Virus record (IMG/VR): IMGVR_UViG_3300020021_000017
Location: 1-54,925 of that record
Length of the DNA stretch: 54,925 nt
From: a virus
Lineage: Duplodnaviria; Caudoviricetes
Reading direction: 5' to 3' (one strand)
Below, piece by piece: positions 27,050 to 37,746 of this stretch. Position numbers and translations under genes: made by a program. Position 1 is the first letter of the stretch; each line of letters opens with the position of its first letter. Below the pieces are notes generated by a model. It saw only the letters and a program-made list of their open reading frames with translations, was not told the DNA's origin and did not search any database.

Positions 27050-28105
27050 TTAAGCTGGGCACCATTGTCCAAGTATACTGACAAATCGGTATCGCAAAAT
27101 CTGTCCTATTGTTAGTGAAGTGGGAGGCGCAACTAAAAATCCCGATCCATTGCCATTTAAAGTAAAACTTGTAATTACACGCTGTGTAGTAATTGAAAAT
27201 AACTGTCCATCCGGGGGAGCAGCAGGTAAAGTTAGAGTAAATGAAACAACGGTAGTAGCATTTGTCAAAATTATTGCCGGAGGCATAATGGGAACAAGGG
27301 GTGCATTCTGCGTATAAGGAACAGTAAAGTTACCGCCAGCCATGTTGTATGTGATGTACGAAGGCTGCTGACCAGTTGCAATTTCATCAAGAGCGTCTTT
27401 AACAATAGAAGCATTAAGACTAGAATTACCACTACCATATCTTATTTGAGAAGAATCATCAATGAAATTTACGCTTATTGCGCCAGAAAAAGCTGACTGT
27501 GGTACGGTAATTATGGAACTAGCATCCACGTCGAAAGAAACCAAGCCGCTGCTACTTCCACTAATAGTATCTGCTATCTGTGTGGCATCAAGACCAAACA
27601 TTAGCACTTGTCCTTCAACATCAAGTATGGTATTGCCACCAGCAAATGTACCGAAATTAAGAAACATTCCTAATGCTGTTCCCGTTGGAACAGAAATCAT
27701 AGGAGCTGATCCAGAGGCTTGTAAGGTGGTGCTATTCATTTGTATAAAAACAACTGTAGAGCCTACTGTATAAACAGGACTATTGGAATTGGAATTTAAA
27801 GTTAGGAAATTACAAGTATCTGGAAATGCTGTAAATACGCAACCGTCATCTAAATTCACAACATCTTCTTGTAGATTACCAATAAAAGTTACTCCAGTGA
27901 GGTCATAGGTACCTGCGGGGATTTCTGGAGTAGTGAAGGTTGAATCAAAAAATACTTGTCTAGCTCCTTGTAATAAAGAAAGTGCTGCATAGAGCAAAGA
28001 CCAATCTGTGTACGTGTTTAATCCTGCCGTTCCGCCAGGTTGGAATACCAACGAGGAAAACAGTCCAGGTCCCGAACCAGAGGATGATGAGCTAATTCGC
28101 GCCAT
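27050..28105 (-). CDS. Fibre/spike protein (beta-helix-like)
   Basis: S/T/G-rich; right-handed beta-helix-like body; TLTLP.AP.DGQ C-terminal module. Confidence 0.65.
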   Translation of the reverse strand: MARISSSSSGSGPGLFSSLVFQPGGTAGLNTYTDWSLLYAALSLLQGARQVFFDSTFTTPEIPAGTYDLTGVTFIGNLQEDVVNLDDGCVFTAFPDTCNFLTLNSNSNSPVYTVGSTVVFIQMNSTTLQASGSAPMISVPTGTALGMFLNFGTFAGGNTILDVEGQVLMFGLDATQIADTISGSSSGLVSFDVDASSIITVPQSAFSGAISVNFIDDSSQIRYGSGNSSLNASIVKDALDEIATGQQPSYITYNMAGGNFTVPYTQNAPLVPIMPPAIILTNATTVVSFTLTLPAAPPDGQLFSITTQRVITSFTLNGNGSGFLVAPPTSLTIGQILRYRFVSILGQWCPA

Positions 28106-28106
28106 A

Positions 28107-29063
28107 TTAATCACCAATCTCTATTGCACAAAGGGTTTGTCCGGCATTATCGCTGATCGCCCAAATCTCTTGCGTAGCAATAAGGTCCATTTGCAGGGAG
28201 TCTCCGTTAACCAGCGGGTACCCTGTAGTAGTAGTTACCGATGAATCATTACCTATGTATACAGTACTGCCCGAAATAGTAAGGGCTTTGAGGCCTAATG
28301 AACTTCGACCTGAAAGAGGACTAGAAGTAATTTGTACTGCAGTAGTGTCTACAGCATATTGAGAAGTTTGAAAGGTATTTAATCCATTCAAATTTACATC
28401 GTTTCCACCTGGAGAAGCAGAAGTATCGACTAAAAGAGCACCTGCAGTATTAGCTTGGACGTTAACGAAGGTTGTAACTGGAAACTGTCCGTTAGGGGCC
28501 TCGGCATTCAAAACTGCCTTGACCACATCCACGCCCTGCCCAGCAATAACGTTTGATTCTACGTTAGTTTGATAGGTAGACCTGGTAACTGCATACTTAA
28601 AGATCTTGATATTCAGAGTGGTAGTTGTAACAGGACCGTTGGTGTAAACTAACCTAAAAAACTGTGCTCTCGGAGCAATAGATAAGTAAACCCCTTGGTT
28701 AGCAATAACAGAAAAAGCTAGGGGGAAATTCCAAGTGGTTCCGTCGATAGAAAACTGAAAACTAGCTCCATTAATAGCAGAATCTTGATCTGATAAAATG
28801 GATACGTCTAAATCAGTAAATGTACTTACATCTTCCGCAGTTCCGGTAAATACTGCATTTGGGCTTAATTGAACAACAGTCGAATTGTTAGTAGAAGCAG
28901 TAGGAGTTATAGTTGCCGTATTAATAGGAATGGCTTGTGCTGTCCCAGTGTTAGTAACAGTAACCGCTTGATTAGCTGGAAAATTACCAACAGTAACTGA
29001 ACCCGGTATTGTAACCGCACCTGTAATCGTGGTAGTAGAGGCTGGATATGAAATTGAAGGCAT
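28107..29063 (-). CDS. Virion fibre / spike-base protein
   Basis: T-rich; internal beta-sandwich; C-terminal TAVQI...VYIG..SVTTTTGYPL..G domain. Confidence 0.65.
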   Translation of the reverse strand: MPSISYPASTTTITGAVTIPGSVTVGNFPANQAVTVTNTGTAQAIPINTATITPTASTNNSTVVQLSPNAVFTGTAEDVSTFTDLDVSILSDQDSAINGASFQFSIDGTTWNFPLAFSVIANQGVYLSIAPRAQFFRLVYTNGPVTTTTLNIKIFKYAVTRSTYQTNVESNVIAGQGVDVVKAVLNAEAPNGQFPVTTFVNVQANTAGALLVDTSASPGGNDVNLNGLNTFQTSQYAVDTTAVQITSSPLSGRSSLGLKALTISGSTVYIGNDSSVTTTTGYPLVNGDSLQMDLIATQEIWAISDNAGQTLCAIEIGD

Positions 29064-29065
29064 GA

Positions 29066-29407
29066 TTATAAACCCTTGTTATAAGTATCTATGTTAAGAG
29101 TTCCGGCACCAGAGGTAGCGGTATAAGTAATTCTTAAATATTGAACAGATGTTTGTGTAACATCAAAAATATATGTATTCCCGCCAGACGTTACAGCTAA
29201 AGTAGCGGGGGATACTGGTGCTCCTAAAGTAGTGAAATCAATACCGTCAACGCTACCTTGAAGGGACAGAGTGCCGACCGCAGTAGACCCCGCTGACACG
29301 ACGCAAGATGCACTAGCTCCATACATATATTGCAATTGCCATATAGATGAAGTTAGGTTACCAGCCATATTGCCATTGACTAAAATTATTGAGGGATATG
29401 TTCTCAT
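29066..29407 (-). CDS. Small beta-sandwich virion adaptor (paralogue of 31547..31918)
   Basis: GTLSLQGSVDG...YLRITYTATSGAGTLN. Confidence 0.7.
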   Translation of the reverse strand: MRTYPSIILVNGNMAGNLTSSIWQLQYMYGASASCVVSAGSTAVGTLSLQGSVDGIDFTTLGAPVSPATLAVTSGGNTYIFDVTQTSVQYLRITYTATSGAGTLNIDTYNKGL

Positions 29408-31545
29408 TACGAAATCCTCTGTATTTTAAACGAACTATAAGTAGCTGGAGCATTCGTATTAGTGTCTGTATGCACCATGATAACATCACCAGGAGTTACA
29501 CATTGATAAACTCCGCCTTGACTACCACCAAAATTGATTGCCGGACCTAGAGAAACTCGCTGCACACTTGGTACAGTGTATGCAGGATTAGGGATCGTTG
29601 CTCCAGTTTCATTAATTGTAATTGCAACCGACATAGTAGCGGCCGATGTAGTCATACTACAAGTCATTGCGTAGAATCCAGCTGTATTAAGAATAAATGT
29701 ATCTCCTAGTGCAGGATCGCTATTATATGTTATATCTGTGCCAGTATTTGTAACAACATTTGACCAAACTACTATTGTAGGGTTAGTCGTACCGCCACCA
29801 CCATTAGAGGAACTAGGTGTATCTACTTGTACTATTTCGACTCCGGTGAATCCTCCGCCGCCGCCTGAGGGCGGTTGCCAAGTACCAAATCCAGAGGCAT
29901 CTGAAGTTAAGACGTTCCCTGCAGTGAGGGTACCAGAAGTTAATTGAAATCCAGGAGTTCCTGTAATAAGTAGGTCTGTAGTAATTATAGATCCGGATGT
30001 TACCGAACCAATGAAGAATGCAGTGTTAAAAGGAAATCCTACTGTACCTATATTAAATGCTGTAGATGCAGCTGGCAATAGATCTGCGTTGATTGCAGTA
30101 GAGGAAAGATTTGAAAGGGAGGTATTTGCTCCACCGGCGCCTGCTGATTGAAAATTAACTGTATTAGTTGATAGATCTCCTGTTATAGTTACAGAAGAAT
30201 CTGAACTTGTTAAAGTAAGAGTAGATGTAGGAGTAGAAGCTACCGGGTCCGTACCCGCATCAGTTACAACGGTTGTAAATGAATTAGAGGCAGTAGATGT
30301 ATTAGTAATTGTGGTTGTTCCACCAGTGCTCGAAACAGAAATGCCCGTTCCAGCAGCTATTACTTGAGCAGCAGTTGTATCACTATTGATACTTGTAATT
30401 CCAGAACCACCAGAACCAATTTGTGTCTCAACTCCAGCTGCTGTTAATTTATAAAGATTATCGTCTGATTTGAAGTAAAGTTTATCAGTTCCTGAAGCAG
30501 GTAGATGGGTGGGGGTGGTTATTTGGCTTATTTGAAGGGGGGCGTTCTCAATGAATACCCCCGCACCACTCACATCTAAATTGGGTTGTAGGATGATGTC
30601 AGTACCAACATTTATCATCAAGGTGCCTGAAGCACCGATATTCATCGCACCACCGCCACCAGTAAGCAATGTTAGAGATGAAGAAGTAATTGGATCAAAT
30701 ACCTGTATTGTGTTGAGATTTGTAATGCTGTGCTGGTTTAGATCAACATCTTTAAATGCACCATTGTAAGGCACAAAATCATTTGCGTTGGCTATAGGTT
30801 GCCAGGTTTGTCCAGTACCTCCGCTTAAAAAGTCAGGGCCGAAGTCGTCGCCGGATACTATATTACCGCTAACACCGGAATTAGTAGTGGCTACAAGTGC
30901 AAATGCAGGAGCATTTCCATTGAGTGCAGTAACAAAAGCAGTATAAGTAGTGTTATTACCAGCAGTAATTTGTATTGCGCTCCCAATAACATTTATTGAA
31001 CTAACTCCAACACTACCGCTAACAGTTAATCGTACATTTATAGAGTTACCTGCAGTACCGGGAGTTTGGGCGGTAAAGGTTAGATTGCCGAAGGACAAAG
31101 ATTCAGTTAACGTTGAATCAGCAGAAATACCCGTAAATCCGTCATATTCGCCTAGATCAGTATTATAAATCAGTAGTCCATTTGTAGGTGAAACTATTGC
31201 ATTCATCTGAGCGGAAGTCATTCTTGGTAGTAAAAAACCTTGAGTAGTAGAAGAAAGATCTAGGAGCGCAGAGTGATCAATGATGCCCGTACCTAGAAGT
31301 AAGGTAGTTCCGTCCCACTCACCAAAACCATTGAAACTTCCAGAATCGTTAAACTGTACAGAATCAACAGCTCCACCGGGACCGCCGCCACTTCCAGTAT
31401 TAGTAATGGTGATAGTTTGGCCAGAAGGTGTTACAGTAATACCCGTTCCACCAACGATGACAACAGCACCTGTCTCACCATTGATTGACGTAACTCCGCC
31501 AGAACCACTTGAAGTTGCTGGATATTCTGCGTAGAATTGACTCAT
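29407..31545 (-). CDS. Tail fibre protein
   Basis: VTSING, SALLDLSSTTQGFLLPRMT...GLLIYNTD, GNVLTSDASG.GTW, C1q-like tip. Confidence 0.8.
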   Translation of the reverse strand: MSQFYAEYPATSSGSGGVTSINGETGAVVIVGGTGITVTPSGQTITITNTGSGGGPGGAVDSVQFNDSGSFNGFGEWDGTTLLLGTGIIDHSALLDLSSTTQGFLLPRMTSAQMNAIVSPTNGLLIYNTDLGEYDGFTGISADSTLTESLSFGNLTFTAQTPGTAGNSINVRLTVSGSVGVSSINVIGSAIQITAGNNTTYTAFVTALNGNAPAFALVATTNSGVSGNIVSGDDFGPDFLSGGTGQTWQPIANANDFVPYNGAFKDVDLNQHSITNLNTIQVFDPITSSSLTLLTGGGGAMNIGASGTLMINVGTDIILQPNLDVSGAGVFIENAPLQISQITTPTHLPASGTDKLYFKSDDNLYKLTAAGVETQIGSGGSGITSINSDTTAAQVIAAGTGISVSSTGGTTTITNTSTASNSFTTVVTDAGTDPVASTPTSTLTLTSSDSSVTITGDLSTNTVNFQSAGAGGANTSLSNLSSTAINADLLPAASTAFNIGTVGFPFNTAFFIGSVTSGSIITTDLLITGTPGFQLTSGTLTAGNVLTSDASGFGTWQPPSGGGGGFTGVEIVQVDTPSSSNGGGGTTNPTIVVWSNVVTNTGTDITYNSDPALGDTFILNTAGFYAMTCSMTTSAATMSVAITINETGATIPNPAYTVPSVQRVSLGPAINFGGSQGGVYQCVTPGDVIMVHTDTNTNAPATYSSFKIQRIS

Positions 31546-31546
31546 A

Positions 31547-31918
31547 TTATGAAACCTTCGCAGACATTGAGGCATTCAAGATGCCAGAACCAGAAGTAGC
31601 AACATAATGTAAACGAACAAAACCCGCACCAGTTCCGCGAATATCAATAAACCCTGTCCCCGAAGTACCAGTAGCCGTTGTGGGAGCAGAAAGAGTAAGA
31701 GGAACCCAAGAGCCAGTACCTGCTTTGTATGAACCATCAGCATTGAAGATCGCGTCGTTACACACTTCTACTTCGAAGGTGCCAACAGGGGAACCGGTCC
31801 AAATCACATTATAAGACAAAAAACTTACTTGGGTGGAAATTGTAATGGGGGAGATAACATCAGTTGCCATACTGGCATTGATGATTATGGGATGGTTTTT
31901 AATGAGGTTTCGAGACAT
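31547..31918 (-). CDS. Small beta-sandwich virion adaptor (paralogue of 29066..29407)
   Basis: GTFEVEVCND...FVRLHYVATSGSGILN. Confidence 0.7.
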   Translation of the reverse strand: MSRNLIKNHPIIINASMATDVISPITISTQVSFLSYNVIWTGSPVGTFEVEVCNDAIFNADGSYKAGTGSWVPLTLSAPTTATGTSGTGFIDIRGTGAGFVRLHYVATSGSGILNASMSAKVS

Positions 31919-32012
31919 AGGGTGCTCCGGATTGGTTCGCTGGGATACCAGCTAGCTATTCTGTATACAAAGGTAAGTATCGGTATTTTAACTAAGTATT
32001 CTGAATATTTAC

Positions 32013-34877
32013 TTATTTCAGCCCCGTAGACATTTTTTGTGCGTTTGTAAGATATGATTCAGAAATACTTGCTTTAGTTAGTGAACCCTTTCTTCCGCCC
32101 TTACCTATACTATTTGGTGAAGGAGGAGGTTGGGGGGTATTGAAGGTCGATTGCAACTGCATGATATTAGAACCTTTGGTAGTTAAAGCAGTTCCAAGAA
32201 ACTTGCCTAAAAGCATCTTATTTTGATAGGGCATGCTTTGCGATTTATCTAAACCTTTAGTAGAAAGAGAATTCATGATATTTTGTCTCATAGAATTTAA
32301 TAGTTCTGGATGAACATTAGTTGTAGCTAATAGTTTATTTTGATTCAATATGCCGGACTTCATATCTTTGAGCAGGGACGTTGGGTTTACGATGCCTTGG
32401 TATGCATCAATAACGTGAGCCATTTCTTGCTTATTTGGTTGATAAGGCATATCCAAAGGACCACCCTGCTTCTGAGGCACGATGGAGTCCATGTACTGAT
32501 TAGCGCGCACAACGGTCTGTTGCATTGCACTAGATGTTTGTGGAGCATGATCATGAAGATTCTCAGTGAGGTTTGTAACGTGACCTAGTAATCCATCTGG
32601 TCCTTGTTTAATCTTTGCAAGTTTACTAATGATATCATCATATTGATCTTTTTGATCTTGATTAGAAGCGAGAACCTTAGCTGCGGAAGCAGTCGAAAAA
32701 GGCTCAGCAGTATTTACTAGGGCTTTTGCTCCTGATGCAATAGCTTTGGCAGATTTAGTAGCCATGTTTTCAATGGCCATCAAAGCACCGACTGTACGGG
32801 TTTCTGGTCCACCAATAGCTTTTTGAATAGCAGTTAATCCAGCCCAATCTGCAACGTGCCCAATAGTTCCTTTGATAGGATGACGAAGGAAATTTATACC
32901 AGATAACACTGAGGATGCGGGGGTAACTCTAGTTCCACCTTTACCAAAAGCTTCTAAATAAGTACTTGCAGCCTGTAGCTTTTCCAATTCACCTGGTTGA
33001 AACATAACCTTTTGAACTTCTGGAGAAAACTTGTTTACTTCTTTTAATACTTTAGAAGGATCAATCCTACCGTCAAATAGGGTCTTTTCTACGATCTTTG
33101 ACTTCTGACTGTCAACCATTGATTTCAGTTCATCGGGAAAAGTCTCTTGCATGAATTGGAGGAAATCGGGATCTTTCTTAGTAAATAAACGGTTTGCAAG
33201 TTTAGTAGGATTTAAATCGTTAAGAAAATTAAGAATGTGGGTAGGTCCATAAGTTTTGGACTTACCAGCTGCACCAGCAATCTCTTCCATTTTATTCATT
33301 AGTCCCGAATATTTCTCATCTACTAAGGCTTTTTGAGCCGGGAGATTTCTTAGTTGTTCTACCAAGTCAGGCGGGAAATTAGGATCACCTTCTAATTGAG
33401 TAGCCAATCCTTCTACAGTTTTATTTTCTAAACCATCAAGTTCATTGCGAACCAGGGAAGCAGCATATCTAAGATTAGGTTTACCAATGGTCTCTTTTGC
33501 AATCAAAGTTCCATATGCTTTGATCTGATCCAGAGTTTTTAAATTACCAATGTCTCTAGCTGCAGAACTTAGGAAAGAAGCTTGATCGGAAGTAGGAGAC
33601 AATTTTATAGCATCGGATTTATAAAGATTTTTAGAAGCAGTTTCTGTATCCTTGGGTTCCAACGTTACAGCTTTACCGTTCTGTTGAAGTTCGTCATATA
33701 TAGGTTTAAGTGGTTCATACTCGGCATTAAACTTATCAGTCATACTTTGCTGTAAGTTTTGTCCAAGTTCATGATCGGTCATGGCTGGAGTACCGGGGGT
33801 GATAATCTCACCAACTTGATTTTCAACAGAATCCAAAGCTCCATCAACAGCCTTAGCCCTATTAATTCCGACAGTAGTCGGGGACGCTCTAAGATCGCGC
33901 CCGAAACTTTGTATACCCTTATCGGCGGCTAGTTGCTCTTCAAATGCGGGGACGCCTAGGGTTCCTGCTGCACTTTTAATTTCGTCAGCATTATCTTTTA
34001 GGCCGCTCATCTTCTGGAAATACCCACGTTTCTGAGTATCAGATAAACTAGAATCCAGCAGGATATCTTGCATAGATGCGGGAGCAGCGTCTGCAGAACT
34101 TCCAGTAATTGCATCTCCACCAGTTCTGAGATTACCGAGAGTTTCTGCAATATCAGATTTATATGGATTAGGAAGCAACGTACCGAGCCCCGCACCAAAC
34201 ATGGCACTTTCACCAATTTGCGTAAGTGCGTGCTGGGCAACTAAGTGTGGATCACCAAGTGCTGATTCAGAAACAACATTACCAGTACCGTACAAAGCCC
34301 CCTCAACGGCACTACCAGCAGCTTTAGGAACTACCTTTGCCATTATTCTAGAAGCTAAAGAAGCTTCGGGACCGGCATTCATTAAACCTGACACACCCGC
34401 AGCAGTAGCTCCTCCAGCCTCTGAAATTAATCCAGGAGCGCCTACTCCACCAGCTAGCAGTGAAGCACCAATACCACCAATTTCACCAGCAGTAGAAGCG
34501 ATAGGATTATATTCTTTTAATTTAGCAAGATCCTTCTTGGACATTCCCATTGCTTGCAGGGCGTAATCTGAGGTTCCTGCACTAACGCCTCTTAACGCTC
34601 CAGCGGCTGTGGCTTTAGCAACATTACCGACGCCCTCGCCGTATTGAATGGACTCATTATGCTTTGTGACATCTTGAGTAGATGGGAATGATAATCCATT
34701 ACCCAATGAGTTTGAGACTTGTTCCGCGGGAACAGAAACCAGATTCCCATTCTCATCCTTCAGCGGCAGGGACGAGCCAGTAGGCAACTCATGAGTACCT
34801 GCTTGGAAAGCAGTTCCCAACTGATCGTAATCTACATTTTCAGGTTGACCAGTTTGTTTGTTGATTAAATTAGGCAT
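32013..34877 (-). CDS. Large internal virion / DNA ejection protein
   Basis: 954 aa, A/G-rich membrane-like segment then helical; third gene of the ejection cluster. Confidence 0.65.
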   Translation of the reverse strand: MPNLINKQTGQPENVDYDQLGTAFQAGTHELPTGSSLPLKDENGNLVSVPAEQVSNSLGNGLSFPSTQDVTKHNESIQYGEGVGNVAKATAAGALRGVSAGTSDYALQAMGMSKKDLAKLKEYNPIASTAGEIGGIGASLLAGGVGAPGLISEAGGATAAGVSGLMNAGPEASLASRIMAKVVPKAAGSAVEGALYGTGNVVSESALGDPHLVAQHALTQIGESAMFGAGLGTLLPNPYKSDIAETLGNLRTGGDAITGSSADAAPASMQDILLDSSLSDTQKRGYFQKMSGLKDNADEIKSAAGTLGVPAFEEQLAADKGIQSFGRDLRASPTTVGINRAKAVDGALDSVENQVGEIITPGTPAMTDHELGQNLQQSMTDKFNAEYEPLKPIYDELQQNGKAVTLEPKDTETASKNLYKSDAIKLSPTSDQASFLSSAARDIGNLKTLDQIKAYGTLIAKETIGKPNLRYAASLVRNELDGLENKTVEGLATQLEGDPNFPPDLVEQLRNLPAQKALVDEKYSGLMNKMEEIAGAAGKSKTYGPTHILNFLNDLNPTKLANRLFTKKDPDFLQFMQETFPDELKSMVDSQKSKIVEKTLFDGRIDPSKVLKEVNKFSPEVQKVMFQPGELEKLQAASTYLEAFGKGGTRVTPASSVLSGINFLRHPIKGTIGHVADWAGLTAIQKAIGGPETRTVGALMAIENMATKSAKAIASGAKALVNTAEPFSTASAAKVLASNQDQKDQYDDIISKLAKIKQGPDGLLGHVTNLTENLHDHAPQTSSAMQQTVVRANQYMDSIVPQKQGGPLDMPYQPNKQEMAHVIDAYQGIVNPTSLLKDMKSGILNQNKLLATTNVHPELLNSMRQNIMNSLSTKGLDKSQSMPYQNKMLLGKFLGTALTTKGSNIMQLQSTFNTPQPPPSPNSIGKGGRKGSLTKASISESYLTNAQKMSTGLK

Positions 34878-34879
34878 AA

Positions 34880-36526
34880 TTATTTAATAGGAGTTGTAAT
34901 TTGTGGGAAATTAGTTTTTGGTTGACCAAGTTTCTGCGCCGCCAATAGAGGATCTAACTTAGGTGTAGCTGGACTCATCATTGTAATTACATGCTTTAGG
35001 GCTTCGGTATTGGCTTGTGTAGTTTCTGGATTATCTAGTACTTTTTTGAAATAAGGAACAATTTCTTTATTCGCTAGAAATTCAGTCATTCTAGAACCGG
35101 GATTAACTTTTCTGAGCAGAGGATACATTTCACCTTCTAAGGCTGATAATTGTCTAGTAGATTGAATTGGGTTTAAAAGTCTATTAGTAGGAGTTTGTAT
35201 AGCAGACATACGTTTCATTATATCATCTACACCATTTAGTGCGGCTTGTTTATTTTGAAAAGTCTCGTATTCCCCCTGCAATTGTTTAGCGTCCGCAGTA
35301 CTGCCCGTTCGTCCCAAGAAGTTAATCTGCTGCTGAATAGGATCTCCTTGTGTAGAATTAGGACCGCCCTGACCGTTTAGAATATTCTGAGTCATTCCAT
35401 ACATGGCTTGTTGATTGATCAATTGGCCTTTTTGCATGTCAATTTGAGAATTCAGAAGTGCAGCGTGTTGTTTTGCCAAAGGATCTTGGGTGTTCGAAGC
35501 AATCGTTTGAATCTTAGCTTGTGCCTGACTTAATGAGAATGCTTTAGCCATGTTAGTAGCAGTATCTAGATTACCTGTTTGTTTGTAAATATTGCTTAGA
35601 AGAGATTCTTTCTTTCCTAAGTTCAACTTTTGTGCTTCCATATCCTGATCGATAGCTTTATTAATCATTTCAACTGCGGGATTCTGTGCATTAGGAGAAC
35701 CACCAGCCCTGGCAAATCCTTGAGATAACGAACCAAGTCCAAGAGCAATCGCAGCAGAAATCTTATTGCCAGTCGATTGATGTTCCCAATATGGTTGGAT
35801 TTTAAAGTTTGCAATATCATCTGTGTATTTGGAAGCTAGATTAGTCAGATTGTCACGTTGTGCTTGATACGTATCTTGCAGATCTTGTTGTTGTTTAGCC
35901 AAACTATTGAGTACGGTAGCAGTTTGTTTACCCATACTGGCCTGAGCATCACCAACTGCAGTGTTAGCAGTTTGCTCGGAACTAAGGGCCTTATTCATTA
36001 TATCATTGCCAGGAAACGTAGTTCCCGTATTTTGCATTCCTTGTTGAGGAGATTGAAAGGGTATCCCAGTTTGTGCTGCAGACGGAGAGGTATTGGGAGT
36101 TCCGACAGCAGACATAATACCAGGTGCTTCAGGTATTCCCTCTTGTCCAGGCATTTCTACAATTTGATTAGGTGCAGAGGACTGCGCATCGGCTTCTTCA
36201 GTCGGAGCTACTTCAGCATCTGAAGCATCAGCAAGTAGTGGATTGGAACTTTCCGCCACTTCTCCACCATCTGATAAATGTTGTGAAGCTGGATCAGAAG
36301 AGGGCATAGCAACGGAAGGAAGTTTAGGATTCTTGTCAATCAATCTATCTGCTCGGGCTTCTTTAGTTGGAGAAGCATCCTCAAGTTTAGGTAACTTTCT
36401 AATCTGCTTAAAAATCTCTTCGCCAATATGGGGTTTGGCAATATTAATAGATTTATTATTTCTCATATCGTGGAGTTCGAAATGGGTAGGGTGCTCACCA
36501 ATTAGTCGTAGATGTTTTAAGATCAT
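34880..36526 (-). CDS. Internal virion / ejection protein
   Basis: Q/A-rich helical protein with LSDGGEV motif. Confidence 0.6.
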   Translation of the reverse strand: MILKHLRLIGEHPTHFELHDMRNNKSINIAKPHIGEEIFKQIRKLPKLEDASPTKEARADRLIDKNPKLPSVAMPSSDPASQHLSDGGEVAESSNPLLADASDAEVAPTEEADAQSSAPNQIVEMPGQEGIPEAPGIMSAVGTPNTSPSAAQTGIPFQSPQQGMQNTGTTFPGNDIMNKALSSEQTANTAVGDAQASMGKQTATVLNSLAKQQQDLQDTYQAQRDNLTNLASKYTDDIANFKIQPYWEHQSTGNKISAAIALGLGSLSQGFARAGGSPNAQNPAVEMINKAIDQDMEAQKLNLGKKESLLSNIYKQTGNLDTATNMAKAFSLSQAQAKIQTIASNTQDPLAKQHAALLNSQIDMQKGQLINQQAMYGMTQNILNGQGGPNSTQGDPIQQQINFLGRTGSTADAKQLQGEYETFQNKQAALNGVDDIMKRMSAIQTPTNRLLNPIQSTRQLSALEGEMYPLLRKVNPGSRMTEFLANKEIVPYFKKVLDNPETTQANTEALKHVITMMSPATPKLDPLLAAQKLGQPKTNFPQITTPIK

Positions 36527-36560
36527 AATTCGCCTTGCTCTCTCGGCCCAGAGGCCTAAA

Positions 36561-37703
36561 TTACTTTTTAGTATTCATCTTTCTTTTAGCTTCTACTACT
36601 TTACCGAACGAGCCCTTTGAATTCAAGATAGCTTGTACAAACTTCTGAGCATTACCAGACGGATCTTCTGAATTAACCACTGTACGAGGTACTACTACTC
36701 CACCGGGCTCAAGATGCGTTTTGTAAGTATCATTCTTAGGCGAATCACCTTTAACTTTAGCCTTACCAGGAACTGTCTTACCTTGCATTGGGTCCATTTG
36801 GCCTTGCGCAGTAGATTTCGCTTGATCAGGAGATAAGTATTTCTCACCGGGACTAAGCATTGCGGGAACTTTACCACCTTGATTGAACAGAGCCGCTAGG
36901 GAAAGTAATCCGCCCAGCCCTAACTTCTGCGGGTTCTGCTCACTAGGAACTTGTCCACCATCTGACATTGCCGCTGCTTCTCCAACATCTCCGCCAACAC
37001 TTCCACCAGCACCCCCGCCACCACCGATTCCACTTGTTCCCCCAGAGCCTCCCATAATCTGACCAATACTAGGCAAAAATTGACTAATTAGTCCACCTGT
37101 AATAGCATTAGTAGCGGCCACATTAGCACCTTGGCCTGCAAGACTCTGTTGGTTTTGTCCTTGATTAGCTTGTTGCAGAATCTGTTGTTGCGTAAGATTT
37201 TGCTGACCAACAAGACCAGCTTGTGACTGAGCCTGTCCAATTTGATTGCCATATAAACTTGAGAGAGCATTCTGAGCGGCTAATTGTTGTTGCGCGCCCA
37301 TAGTAGCCGCCTGACCGGCTGCTTGCTGTTGAGTTTGTGCACCAGACTGAGCCGCTAATCTAGCAGCTAATCCAGGATTGATGCCTTTAGCAGAAGCAAT
37401 CTGAGCTGCTGTATTAGACATGTTCTGGTTAGTAGCTTGATTCAATTGGTTAAGGGCTGGATTTGGACCGGTACCAGAAGCCTCTTGCTGAAGTTGTCCG
37501 CCAACTTGATTCAAACCATTTGAAGCATTCTGAGCATTACCTGTCAAGGCATTAAGGAAATTCTGTTGCTGTGTGGAAACGCCCTGTTGGTTTGTAAGAG
37601 CATTTTGTGCTTCCCCAGAGAGTCCCGTTTGCCCCTGATAGGGGGTAGTTTGAACAGTATTGCCGCCCTGCAGGCCCTGTGCGAGTGATGTTAGAAAACC
37701 CAT
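36561..37703 (-). CDS. Internal virion / ejection (pilot-like) protein
   Basis: Q/A/G-rich; MSDGGQV, FNQGGKVPAMLSPGE; GGAG RBS before MGFL. Confidence 0.65.
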   Translation of the reverse strand: MGFLTSLAQGLQGGNTVQTTPYQGQTGLSGEAQNALTNQQGVSTQQQNFLNALTGNAQNASNGLNQVGGQLQQEASGTGPNPALNQLNQATNQNMSNTAAQIASAKGINPGLAARLAAQSGAQTQQQAAGQAATMGAQQQLAAQNALSSLYGNQIGQAQSQAGLVGQQNLTQQQILQQANQGQNQQSLAGQGANVAATNAITGGLISQFLPSIGQIMGGSGGTSGIGGGGGAGGSVGGDVGEAAAMSDGGQVPSEQNPQKLGLGGLLSLAALFNQGGKVPAMLSPGEKYLSPDQAKSTAQGQMDPMQGKTVPGKAKVKGDSPKNDTYKTHLEPGGVVVPRTVVNSEDPSGNAQKFVQAILNSKGSFGKVVEAKRKMNTKK

Positions 37704-37746
37704 AGAAATCTCCGATTTCGACGGAAGCTTTTGCTTCCTATAATTA

